Assembly (NCBI GenBank): GCA_043826565.1 | Contig: JBDRPX010000003.1 | Coordinates: 3,614 to 67,613 of the forward strand | Direction: 5' to 3' | DNA length: 64,000 nucleotides | DNA from: Candidatus Omnitrophota bacterium | GTDB lineage: Bacteria > Omnitrophota > Gorgyraeia > B26-G9 | In this document: one piece after another, positions 55,526-64,000 of the stretch | How the letters are laid out: every line of letters starts with the position of its first letter | Numbering within the stretch: position 1 is the stretch's first letter | Program-made: the position numbers and the translations under genes | The notes under the pieces: model-generated | Told to the model about the DNA's origin: nothing | Databases searched by the model: none | What the model saw: the letters and a program-made list of their open reading frames with translations, nothing else

Positions 55526-57355
55526 ATGAAGAGAGTTAATATTGTTTTGCTTGTACTTGGGGGAATGCTGCTTTTATGCGCAGCAGAAGTTAGAGCTGCG
55601 GATAACCCGTCTGCTGATGAAGCATTCCTTAAAAGACTTACCGAAACAGTATCAAATTTTTTGAAAGACGAACAATTTCTGGAGGCAGTAGAGTATTTGG
55701 ATAAGATGCATCAGCAAAAGGATGCCGGAGAGGTCAATGATCTTTTCTACATAGAATATTATATACTGCTGACAAAATCCCAATACCTTGATTATTTGGC
55801 GATCAAGGAAGATTGGCAGGATTACTATAATTCCTATCATGATTTAGATACGCAAATAATCAATAAAGCTAAACAGCTTGTGGATAAATATCCTTTAGCG
55901 ATGACATCGATAGATATTCAGTACTTAGCCTGGAAAGCATATGTGCGGGAAGAGGATGAAGCGGAAAGTTCTGTTTTTGATAAACTGGTGAGCATGGTTA
56001 TTTCTTATACCGCAAAAAAAGGGGATATTGTTAAATTTAAAGAAGTTGCGGATCTGGTGGGCCATGAGTCAGGCGGTGCTTATTTAGAAAAATTGTTTAA
56101 GGGATATCAGGATTATCTTATTAGTAAAAAAGCCGATATCCCCGGTATTGAAAGTTTAGCGGAAATTGCGCAACGCTATATGGAAGAAGGCCGCAATGAT
56201 ATGTCCCGGGTTGTCTATGAACGGTATATGAGCCTTATTCGAGGGCGTTATCCCCGGGAACAGGGGATTGCCAAGCTTTCCTTGGTTGCGGATAAGTTTC
56301 GGGCGGATGGCTTTTCTCAAGCTAAAGATGCCGAGTTCGCGGAAATTGTCTACTCTTATATAGAGGAGCATTTCGGTAGTGATGCTTTAGCAGAAAAAGA
56401 AGTTTTTTCCCGGGCCTATAATTTAGAACTTAGCGGTAATTATGAAAGAGCTGTTGAAGAGTATAAAAAGTTTGTTAAAACATATAAAGAAAGTGATTTT
56501 TTAGCCGAAGCCTATTCTCGCTTAGGTATAATTAATTTCTATGTTTTGGCTGCGCCGGAACAGGCAATTGCTTTTTTCCAGAAAGCTATGGATATATCTC
56601 CGGAATCACCGTTAGTATTGTTATGTATTTATGAAACAGCATTGTATTTTCAGTGGAAAGAAGAAAATGAGAAGGCCAGGGAGCTTTATACCCGTTTAGT
56701 AGAAAGCAATGATAACTTAGCTGCTTTGGCAAAACAGCGTTTAGAAGAAATCGATTCCGGGGCCGGGATGCCGGAGAATCTTAAAAATTTATTTAATATT
56801 ATATTTACGCCGGTTCAAGAGTCTACAGTAGTCTTGACTTTAACCGCAGAGCCGGAGAAGAGTTTTGTAAATCAGCCGGTTAAAATTATTGCCACGGCAC
56901 AGGATTTTGCGGCCGGAACAGTTCAGCCTTTATTTGTCTATGATTGGTTAAGAGATACCGGTAAAACAATTAATCCCGGGAATGTAACGGAATTCACTAC
57001 GGAATATGAATCTGCCGGGCCGAAAGTTGTTTGTTTTATCGCCACTTTAGGGGATTCTAAGTCGGCGATATGCCGGGCTCCGGTTGTTTATGATGTTAAA
57101 ATCTCTTCTCCCCTAAAAGGAGCGGTTTTAAAAATAGGAGAGCAAATTGATTTTAAAGCGGAATTTTTCCCCTTCACTTACGAAGATGAAAAAGTTACCT
57201 GGCAGTGGAATATCAGCGGCCCGGAAACAATTTCCGGAGCGGGTAAGGTTTTTTCGGGTGTTTTAAATACCCTGGGTACATATACCGGAGAATTAAAGGG
57301 TTCTCTGGGTGCGGCGCATCAGATAAAGAAATTTGATTTCAAAATCGGGGAATAA
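55526..57355 (+). CDS. Exported TPR-repeat protein with C-terminal PKD/Ig-like domains
   Basis: Signal peptide ending VRA; TPR patterns (GNYERAVEEYKKFVKTY..AEAYSRLG); beta-rich tail (YDW..G, WQWN, GTYTG). Confidence 0.75.
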   Translation: MKRVNIVLLVLGGMLLLCAAEVRAADNPSADEAFLKRLTETVSNFLKDEQFLEAVEYLDKMHQQKDAGEVNDLFYIEYYILLTKSQYLDYLAIKEDWQDYYNSYHDLDTQIINKAKQLVDKYPLAMTSIDIQYLAWKAYVREEDEAESSVFDKLVSMVISYTAKKGDIVKFKEVADLVGHESGGAYLEKLFKGYQDYLISKKADIPGIESLAEIAQRYMEEGRNDMSRVVYERYMSLIRGRYPREQGIAKLSLVADKFRADGFSQAKDAEFAEIVYSYIEEHFGSDALAEKEVFSRAYNLELSGNYERAVEEYKKFVKTYKESDFLAEAYSRLGIINFYVLAAPEQAIAFFQKAMDISPESPLVLLCIYETALYFQWKEENEKARELYTRLVESNDNLAALAKQRLEEIDSGAGMPENLKNLFNIIFTPVQESTVVLTLTAEPEKSFVNQPVKIIATAQDFAAGTVQPLFVYDWLRDTGKTINPGNVTEFTTEYESAGPKVVCFIATLGDSKSAICRAPVVYDVKISSPLKGAVLKIGEQIDFKAEFFPFTYEDEKVTWQWNISGPETISGAGKVFSGVLNTLGTYTGELKGSLGAAHQIKKFDFKIGE

Positions 57356-57373
57356 TCGCGGGATCATATTATA

Positions 57374-59344
57374 ATGAAGAATACAGATAGAAGAAAATAC
57401 ATCCGCTTAAACAAGATTTTTCCTGTTGAAATTCAGGTCATTGACCTTCAAAACAAACCGATAAGTGATCTTTTGCAGGGATTTACCAGAGATGTCGGGT
57501 TTGAAGGTGTCTGTGTGGAAATTAATAATTTAAAAGAATCCTATCGGGAAGTGCTTAGCAATAAACAAGCAAAGCTTCTGCTTTTTATTAATATCCCTTT
57601 TAAACATAAGCCGGTAAAAGCAATAGCCCAGTTAACGTGGATGCAAAGAGCGGCTAAACCTTACGCGGATAGTTATCGTTTAGGCCTTAGCTATGAATTT
57701 ATAAGTATCCCGGAACAAAAACATATAATGCGGCATGCCCGGTTTACAAAATATTTTCCGCGTTTTTTAGCGGTATGTTTTCTGTTTTGTTTTATGTTTG
57801 CCGGGTATTTACTGTTTGAAAATATAAAACTTACCCAGGATAATAAGGCCCTGGTGCTGAAACTTACGGCTCTTTCTGAAAAACAGGCTCAGATAAATAC
57901 ATCTTTGGATAAGATCCAGGCAGAAAAAGTTGTGGTTGCCGGGTTATTAAAGAATATCGCTCTCAGCAGGAGGCAATTGGAAGCTCAGATCACTTCTTTA
58001 GAACAAAAACAAAGAGAGAAGGAAATACAGGCCATAGAGGTATATGACCGTCAGACCATAGATTTACTTATCAGTCAGCGTAAAGGAGCGGAACATAAAC
58101 TATCGCTGGTTATGAAAGAAAAGCTTCAGTTAGAAGAGAAATTAAATGATTATAATGAAAGTGAGAGGGGATTAAAAATGGAACTGGCCGCGCTTCAAGG
58201 AAAAAAGAAGGTTTTGGCAAACCGAAGCTTAGAATTAATGTATCAGTGGATTGTCTCGTCTCAGAGCAGTAAGACCGGGCTGGTGGGCAGTTATGATAAT
58301 GATATTAAGTTTATGGATGTGGGCTTTACTTATGATCAGGCTTTAAGCGCGTTTACATTTATTAATTATGAAGAATATAAAAAAGCAAAAGATATATTTA
58401 ATTTTTTTAAAGACACAGCGCAAAGATTTGACGGCGGATTTGCCAATGCCTATGATATTATTACCGGGAAAGTATCCGAGTATATTGTGCATACCGGCCC
58501 CTCTATTTATCTGGGGCTGGCGATGATGCATTATCAGGATAATACCAGTAAAGATACTTATCTGGAATTGACCCGGGAAATCGGAGACTGGCTGTTAATT
58601 CTGCAGAAGGAAGAGTTCAAAGGGGCTTTGCCCGGAGGCCCGGAGTTAACCTGGACCAGTACTGAGCAGAATATTGCCGGATATGTGTTTTTAAATAAAT
58701 TATTTAAAATTACCAGAGAGAAAAAATATAAAATAGCCGCGGATAAGATATTTTACTGGATAAAAAATACCGCTTATAACAGTAAGCTGAAAAGATTTAA
58801 CCGGGGAGAAGGTGACCGGATGATCGCGACGGATACCGTGGCTTTGAGCATTCTGGCGTTTGGCCCGGAGCGTTTGAAAAATATGGGAGTTTCCGTGGAT
58901 GATCTTTTAAATTGTGTTGAAGAGAATTGCCGGGCCAGAGTTAATTATGTGAATATGTTCGGTAAAAATGTAAGTGTTACCGGTTATGATTTTTGCAGTC
59001 CGTCCAGTATCAGCAGATCCGGGGTGATCTGTGTGGAGTGGACAGCGCAGATGGTTGTGGCGTTTAAGGAATTAAGTAATTATTACTTAAGACATGATGA
59101 TGCGGCCAAAGCTAAGGAGTTTATGCGTCAGGCTGAGTATTATATCGGAGAACTGGACAAACTTTTACTGATACGTTCAACCGGATTCGGCGCGAGAAAA
59201 GGCATGGCGGGTTTGCCGTACGCGACGCACAGCGGAGTGGATACCGGCCATGGGTGGGTTACTCCGGATAATATTTCGATTTCCGCGGCCGGGACAAATT
59301 TTGCAATTCTCGCTAAAGAAGAGTATAATATTTTTAGACAGTAA
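57374..59344 (+). CDS. PilZ - TM - coiled coil - six-hairpin glycosidase-like fusion protein
   Basis: DRRKYIR and DVGFEG at the N-terminus; TM FLAVCFLFCFMFAGYLLF; heptad coil; then FTYDQAL, STEQN, FNRG, TGYDF, VEWTAQM and LPYA. Confidence 0.8.
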   Translation: MKNTDRRKYIRLNKIFPVEIQVIDLQNKPISDLLQGFTRDVGFEGVCVEINNLKESYREVLSNKQAKLLLFINIPFKHKPVKAIAQLTWMQRAAKPYADSYRLGLSYEFISIPEQKHIMRHARFTKYFPRFLAVCFLFCFMFAGYLLFENIKLTQDNKALVLKLTALSEKQAQINTSLDKIQAEKVVVAGLLKNIALSRRQLEAQITSLEQKQREKEIQAIEVYDRQTIDLLISQRKGAEHKLSLVMKEKLQLEEKLNDYNESERGLKMELAALQGKKKVLANRSLELMYQWIVSSQSSKTGLVGSYDNDIKFMDVGFTYDQALSAFTFINYEEYKKAKDIFNFFKDTAQRFDGGFANAYDIITGKVSEYIVHTGPSIYLGLAMMHYQDNTSKDTYLELTREIGDWLLILQKEEFKGALPGGPELTWTSTEQNIAGYVFLNKLFKITREKKYKIAADKIFYWIKNTAYNSKLKRFNRGEGDRMIATDTVALSILAFGPERLKNMGVSVDDLLNCVEENCRARVNYVNMFGKNVSVTGYDFCSPSSISRSGVICVEWTAQMVVAFKELSNYYLRHDDAAKAKEFMRQAEYYIGELDKLLLIRSTGFGARKGMAGLPYATHSGVDTGHGWVTPDNISISAAGTNFAILAKEEYNIFRQ

Positions 59345-59355
59345 ATCCAAGGACG

Positions 59356-61542
59356 GTGTTAAAATTGAAAAAAGTTATTTTTCTCTGTATCTGTGTATTA
59401 TTATTAAGGGGAATTTGTCTGGGGCAGGATTTATCTGAGACAGAAACACTGGATGAAGAAGAGTATAATCCTCTAAATGAATATGATGACCTGCTGCTTG
59501 AACCGGTAGTGCAGGGAAGCTTTCGTTTCAATTTTGGGTTTGAAGATAGTGAAGGTATCGTTAAGAAAGCTAATTATTCACAGCAGGAAGAGACCTGGCG
59601 GTATCTATTCGGGGAAGATAAATACAATACCTATGACCCGGCGATTTTTAATCAGTTTAAATTAAGTATTCTTAGCCCGATCGATGAAAGATTATCGGTT
59701 TATACAAAGATAGTTATTGATCCGTGGGCTTTTGTCGGCACTTCCCAAACCATAACTCTTCCTACCTGGTATGGAGCCGGTGATGCGAATGACCCGGTGG
59801 AACTTCAGCTTAAATACTTCTCCAGTAATACCCGCACATACGCGCAAACCGTGCGTTCAGCATCCGGGGATTCTTTTGATCTGCCGGAATCAAAAGTCGT
59901 TAAAGGAAACTCCCGTCCGGGGAGTGACCTGGGATCTTTCGGTTTTGGAACACATCGTTTGGATATCCCGGAGTTGGATATTGACATGGAATTTAAACCT
60001 ATAAGATCTTTCTGGCTTGATTTCCGGGAAGATGAATACCGGGTAAGATTTTTTCTTTACGCGGAAGATTCTATGGGATTGTATTTTGATGATCCGTTAC
60101 GTTTGTGCGGTAATCACATAAACTGGGAACCAAGTCCCTGGTTTGATAAATGGCAGCCGGGAAGACTTTATACGGCCACCGGATGGGCCAGGGGAGAATG
60201 GATCAGAGATTATTTATTGAGAAACAGCCAGGAGGAATTTCTTAATCTATTGCGGGGAATCCGGCTGGATATAAATGGGATCGAGTATGACGGAAGTTTT
60301 ATGATCGCCGCTCCGGTTGACCCCTGGGAAGATTATGATGATATTAATAATGTGCCGGTGGCATTAAGGTTAAAAAAGCATATTAGTGATGAGCTTACTC
60401 TCGGTACACTTTATACAGCCCGGACCGGATATAATAAAGATAGTTTAGATGCTTTTGACCAGGTTTTAGGTATTGATTCTAAATTAAAATTTTTAGATGA
60501 ATATTCACTGGCTTTAGAAACTGCGGTTTCTAAAAACGGCCGGCATCTTAATGATGAAGATTTTAAGACCTATGAAGATGATTTTGCGTATGCGGCGATT
60601 TTCGGGGCGAATATTCAGCCGTTTGAACTTAATCTGGCTTCCAAGCTTTCCTATGTGTATATGGGCCGGGAATTTGACCCGCCCTTGTCAAATTATGATC
60701 AAACCCGTAATGATCAGTCCTGGGGAGAGCATATCTGGTTTTCTAACCGAAGCCGTGCCGAAGAAACCTACCGGATCGGAAATAGTATTGACCAGGACCG
60801 GAAAGTAGCGGCTTTAGCCATGAATCTGGGGCCTATGGAAGGATTTAATTACTTTTTTGATCTGCGTAATGTCCGTACAGCTTGTGATGATGCGTTTGTG
60901 GAAAATGTATTCCGGAATGAGATGTCTTATAAAGCGGATAAGAATTTATTATACAAATTTTTATATATTTTTAATAAACGTCCGAAAACAACTGAGGGAA
61001 AGCAGCAGGATACAAATACTGTTTCCGGCGGCGTTAAATATGATTTCCTCGAAGATTTTAGTATTGAGGAAATTTTAGAGCGGACCAATAAGTATCCGGC
61101 TTATCCGGGTGAACTTTATGACTGGCTGACGATTAATCCGATAGCGCCGTATCCGTATTACTCTATGTCTAAAACAAGGTTGATCTATAACCCTTATCAT
61201 TGGGTAGAGGTGGCTTTTGAACATACTTATAATGAGTTTGATCACGCGACAACCCTGGATGACTTTATGAACTATTCCGGAATAGACGCGTTTTTCCGGC
61301 CGTTTGATGATTTGACGGCCCGGTTTGTGTACCGGTACAGCCGGGTGGCGGATTACTCAGATAACAATAATGTCAAAGGCCATCATAATTTTTATGTTGA
61401 CCTTATGTATGATCTGGATGAAGATGCTCAGATCGGGATCAGATTTAGTGAAATTGTCAGTGACTTTTACGGTTTAGGATGGGAATCCACGGTTTTAGAT
61501 ACTCAGAAGATTATCCGCGTAGTTTACCAGGGAAAATTCTAA
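59356..61542 (+). CDS. Probable outer-membrane beta-barrel protein
   Basis: GTG start and signal peptide; Tyr/Phe/Asp-rich amphipathic strands; C-terminal RVVYQGKF (BAM beta-signal-like, terminal Phe). Confidence 0.7.
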   Translation: MLKLKKVIFLCICVLLLRGICLGQDLSETETLDEEEYNPLNEYDDLLLEPVVQGSFRFNFGFEDSEGIVKKANYSQQEETWRYLFGEDKYNTYDPAIFNQFKLSILSPIDERLSVYTKIVIDPWAFVGTSQTITLPTWYGAGDANDPVELQLKYFSSNTRTYAQTVRSASGDSFDLPESKVVKGNSRPGSDLGSFGFGTHRLDIPELDIDMEFKPIRSFWLDFREDEYRVRFFLYAEDSMGLYFDDPLRLCGNHINWEPSPWFDKWQPGRLYTATGWARGEWIRDYLLRNSQEEFLNLLRGIRLDINGIEYDGSFMIAAPVDPWEDYDDINNVPVALRLKKHISDELTLGTLYTARTGYNKDSLDAFDQVLGIDSKLKFLDEYSLALETAVSKNGRHLNDEDFKTYEDDFAYAAIFGANIQPFELNLASKLSYVYMGREFDPPLSNYDQTRNDQSWGEHIWFSNRSRAEETYRIGNSIDQDRKVAALAMNLGPMEGFNYFFDLRNVRTACDDAFVENVFRNEMSYKADKNLLYKFLYIFNKRPKTTEGKQQDTNTVSGGVKYDFLEDFSIEEILERTNKYPAYPGELYDWLTINPIAPYPYYSMSKTRLIYNPYHWVEVAFEHTYNEFDHATTLDDFMNYSGIDAFFRPFDDLTARFVYRYSRVADYSDNNNVKGHHNFYVDLMYDLDEDAQIGIRFSEIVSDFYGLGWESTVLDTQKIIRVVYQGKF

Positions 61543-62189
61543 TGAACAAAAAAGGTCTTACTCTTATTGAAATCCTTGTTTCCATGGGGATTTTAGTTAT
61601 GCTGGTAGCGATTTTATATTCTGTGTTTAGTCTGGCTTTACGCGGCTGGAAAAAATCCGATAATATGCTGGAAAACTCAGCCCAAGCCCGCACCATCTTA
61701 GAACGTATGTCCCGGGAAATATCTTCGGCTGTAGTTAAGCCTTCTGCGGGAATTCAATGCCGGGGATATAATACCGGAAGCGGCATAAAATCTAATAGTA
61801 TTGCGGATGAGTTTTTCTTTATTGCACCGCTTAAGCAGGATAATAAAGATGGTTCGGATCTGTGTGAAGTTGGTTATTGGCTGGATAATACTAATGCTTT
61901 ACGACGACATTATAAAATTGATGAAAGAGGAGCCGGAAGTTCCGAACTGGATTTTAATTTTTCCACGGGAACGAGCAATACTTTTGCCGAAGAAATTACG
62001 GATCTGCAGTTTGAATACTACTCGGGGAGTGACCTGGTAAATCCGGTTATGGCCTGGGATTCACAGACAGACGGCGTTCCGGCAAAGATCAAGATAACGA
62101 TTACAGTGGAAACCGGAAAAGGCTCAGCAGTGACAAATCCCGATTTTTTATCCCGCAGTTATAGTGTTATTGTATCACTTCCTCAATAA
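61542..62189 (+). CDS. Type IV pilin-like / T2SS minor pseudopilin (GspJ/PilW-like)
   Basis: Class III prepilin cleavage motif MNKKG|LTLIEILV; AQARTILERMSREIS; start overlaps the upstream TAA. Confidence 0.85.
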   Translation: MNKKGLTLIEILVSMGILVMLVAILYSVFSLALRGWKKSDNMLENSAQARTILERMSREISSAVVKPSAGIQCRGYNTGSGIKSNSIADEFFFIAPLKQDNKDGSDLCEVGYWLDNTNALRRHYKIDERGAGSSELDFNFSTGTSNTFAEEITDLQFEYYSGSDLVNPVMAWDSQTDGVPAKIKITITVETGKGSAVTNPDFLSRSYSVIVSLPQ

Positions 62190-62216
62190 TGCCCAAATAT
62201 TGTGCATTTAAACTCA

Positions 62217-62285
62217 TAACATATTTATTACCAATAGGTTAAGTTTTAAAAATTATTTGCAATTTCCGCTTATGTGTGGTATACT
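62217..62285 (+). promoter_or_regulatory. Sigma70-type promoter with upstream TAAC-N17-GTTA palindrome
   Basis: TTGCAA (62257-62262), 17 nt, TATACT (62280-62285) with TG; TAAC 62217-62220 and GTTA 62238-62241. Confidence 0.65.
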
Positions 62286-62334
62286 TACTCGTCTTTTACA
62301 AAATTGCAAATTTTTAGCATTTTAAAAGGAGTTT

Positions 62335-63813
62335 ATGATAATGATTTCTAGTATTACCAAGAAAAAATGGTTTAAAACTATATCTTTTTTGCTGATCCAT
62401 GCTTTTTTACTTCTGGATATTGCCTGGGCCGGGGGAACAGAGATATTGTCTAGTAAAAATAATGATTGTTTGTCTCCGATGGTACAGATCGGCAATGATT
62501 CTTTGCAGGTTTATTTTAATTCTGCTTATGACGTTCCATCGTCCGCGCGTACTGCCCGGATGCCTGGGCATTATAAATATAAAAACTCTATATTAAAAAA
62601 ACTAATTGTATTTAATCAGGCAAAAATTGCCAGTATTGGGGATTCAACGAAGCGATATGTAAATAGAATTAAATATCTGGTCCCGGTTCTTTTACTGCTT
62701 TGCGCGCTGGTCTATGGTTTTTTCCATTGGGACAAGTTATCTCCGTTCGGTAAAAAAGCGTTATCTTTTTTTCCGGTGATCATCGGGATAATTCCCGTGG
62801 TGTTTTTGATCATAGCGGAATTTGTTCTAGAGGCTGGTTTCTATATACGTGATTATTTTAAAGACTTAATTGATTTATTTAAATATTCACAGGAAGACTA
62901 TTTTAAAAGCAGAGCAAAGCTTATAACAGACTTTCCGGATCCTTATCATCGGTCACCGTTCTTCTCGGTTACCGATGATAGTACTACTTCCCGTTGCCTG
63001 CGTTTGAAGGCGATCCATAACCGGCAGAAAAAAATAGAGGCTATAAAAATAATTGAAAAATTAGAGCCGGAGAATGCCGTAAGGCTGTTTCTTCATGGGA
63101 TAATCCGAGATCGAGAAAACGAGGTTGTTGAACAAGTAATAATTTCATTAAATAAATTAGGTTTGGATACGGAATTAGTTGTGCTGGCATGTTTAGCTAA
63201 TTATAGACGCGAGGCCATGGTTAAAATCCTACATAAACGTGACCAGGTGAGATTTGATGAATTAATGAAAAAATTTAAAACCTCAAAAGCCGAAAAAAGC
63301 GAACAAGCTAAAGAAAAATTCAAACAACATGCCCAAGATCAAAAGCTGGAAATTTTTTGCCGGGAAATTATTCCGGTTATGAATAATCTGGATTTTTCCA
63401 CAATCGAAAAATTGAGAATTATTTTCACCTTCAGCTCGAGTTATGCAGAGATTTTGCGGATATTAACAGGCTGGATGAAAAAATCCTTACAGGATGGATT
63501 TGAGTTTGACACCGCATCACTGGCCCGATTATTATCCGGCGCGGAAACAAGAGTAGATCTCGTGAGAATTTTACAATATGAAGAACAGCGTTTTGGGAAC
63601 AATACAAAGTATGTTCTTGACCGTTCCGGCCGGCATCTGGTTAGCCGCGTTTATTTTTCCGATCCGGATATAGTGACCGCTCAGGTAATTGATAAAACTC
63701 TTACTGATAGTAAGAAAGAAAGACAGGATCTGGATTTCTCATATACGCTACCGCAGCCTTGGTTAAATAAAATTACTTTTACCCAGGAATTGGCTGTTTT
63801 ACACTCAATTTAA
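62335..63813 (+). CDS. Leader-family protein with two TM helices and a HEAT-like helical region
   Basis: AGGAG RBS; leader FKTISFLLIHAFLLLDIAWAGG..CLSPMVQI; ends LAVLHSI*. Confidence 0.8.
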   Translation: MIMISSITKKKWFKTISFLLIHAFLLLDIAWAGGTEILSSKNNDCLSPMVQIGNDSLQVYFNSAYDVPSSARTARMPGHYKYKNSILKKLIVFNQAKIASIGDSTKRYVNRIKYLVPVLLLLCALVYGFFHWDKLSPFGKKALSFFPVIIGIIPVVFLIIAEFVLEAGFYIRDYFKDLIDLFKYSQEDYFKSRAKLITDFPDPYHRSPFFSVTDDSTTSRCLRLKAIHNRQKKIEAIKIIEKLEPENAVRLFLHGIIRDRENEVVEQVIISLNKLGLDTELVVLACLANYRREAMVKILHKRDQVRFDELMKKFKTSKAEKSEQAKEKFKQHAQDQKLEIFCREIIPVMNNLDFSTIEKLRIIFTFSSSYAEILRILTGWMKKSLQDGFEFDTASLARLLSGAETRVDLVRILQYEEQRFGNNTKYVLDRSGRHLVSRVYFSDPDIVTAQVIDKTLTDSKKERQDLDFSYTLPQPWLNKITFTQELAVLHSI

Positions 63814-63862
63814 AAGCCCAAGTTGTCAGTCTTATCTTTCTAAAACCATAAAACCATTTCTC

Positions 63863-63933
63863 TAACCTGTTTGTTTTTAGTTGCTTATATTTACCCATTT
63901 TGCGTTGACAAATCCTGCCTTTTTTGATATATT
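63863..63933 (+). promoter_or_regulatory. Sigma70-type promoter for the next gene beyond the window, with TAAC-N17-CTTA variant site
   Basis: TTGACA (63905-63910), 17 nt, TATATT (63928-63933) with TG; TAAC 63863-63866 and CTTA 63884-63887. Confidence 0.55.
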
Positions 63934-63981
63934 AAACCTATTATAAAATACGTTAATCCACCATTATCGCACCCTTTATCG

Positions 63982-63998
63982 CACCCCCGGGGTGAGGG
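63982..63998. repeat. Second copy of the CACCCCCGGGGTG palindrome
   Basis: CACCCCCGGGGTGAGGG is identical to 6981-6997. Confidence 0.65.
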
Positions 63999-64000
63999 GG

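Noticed and set aside
61479-61541. Longer start of the pilin-like ORF
   Set aside because: The prepilin motif and stop/start overlap indicate ATG 61542.
1512-61696. Many short minus-strand and alternate-frame ORFs (60-166 aa)
   Set aside because: They overlap long, motif-bearing + strand genes and show no recognisable domains; they are shadow ORFs.

Overview
A bacterial window in which all credible genes lie on the + strand. It is dominated by one uninterrupted giant ORF (10555-46218, about 11,900 aa). In order, this protein shows an N-terminal export-like leader, a near-complete SecA-type ATPase, a block of membrane helices, a lytic transglycosylase, beta-barrel-like and TolC-like segments, two (alpha/alpha)6 glycosidase-like domains, a processive GT2-like glycan synthase and duplicated ComEA-like HhH modules. 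This style of gene suggests Ca. Omnitrophota (inference only). Five proteins with largely unrelated middles (3486, 7030, 10555, 46820, 62335) share a bipartite signature: an N-terminal hydrophobic leader plus an L(A/S)P motif, and a C-terminal ..(Q/S/H/T)(S/A/G)(I/V)-stop tail. Three of them are each followed by a stand-alone PilZ gene with a conserved FxWW motif. Three are driven by sigma70-like promoters carrying a TAAC-N17-GTTA operator-like palindrome. Downstream is a glycan uptake/processing cluster: MFS GPH symporter, two clan GH-A hydrolases, three CBM-like paralogues, a TPR/PKD protein, a PilZ-glycosidase fusion, an outer-membrane beta-barrel and a pseudopilin. No rRNA, tRNA, CRISPR array or transposase was seen. 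All domain calls come from motifs recognised by eye, not from database searches, and sub-gene coordinates are approximate.
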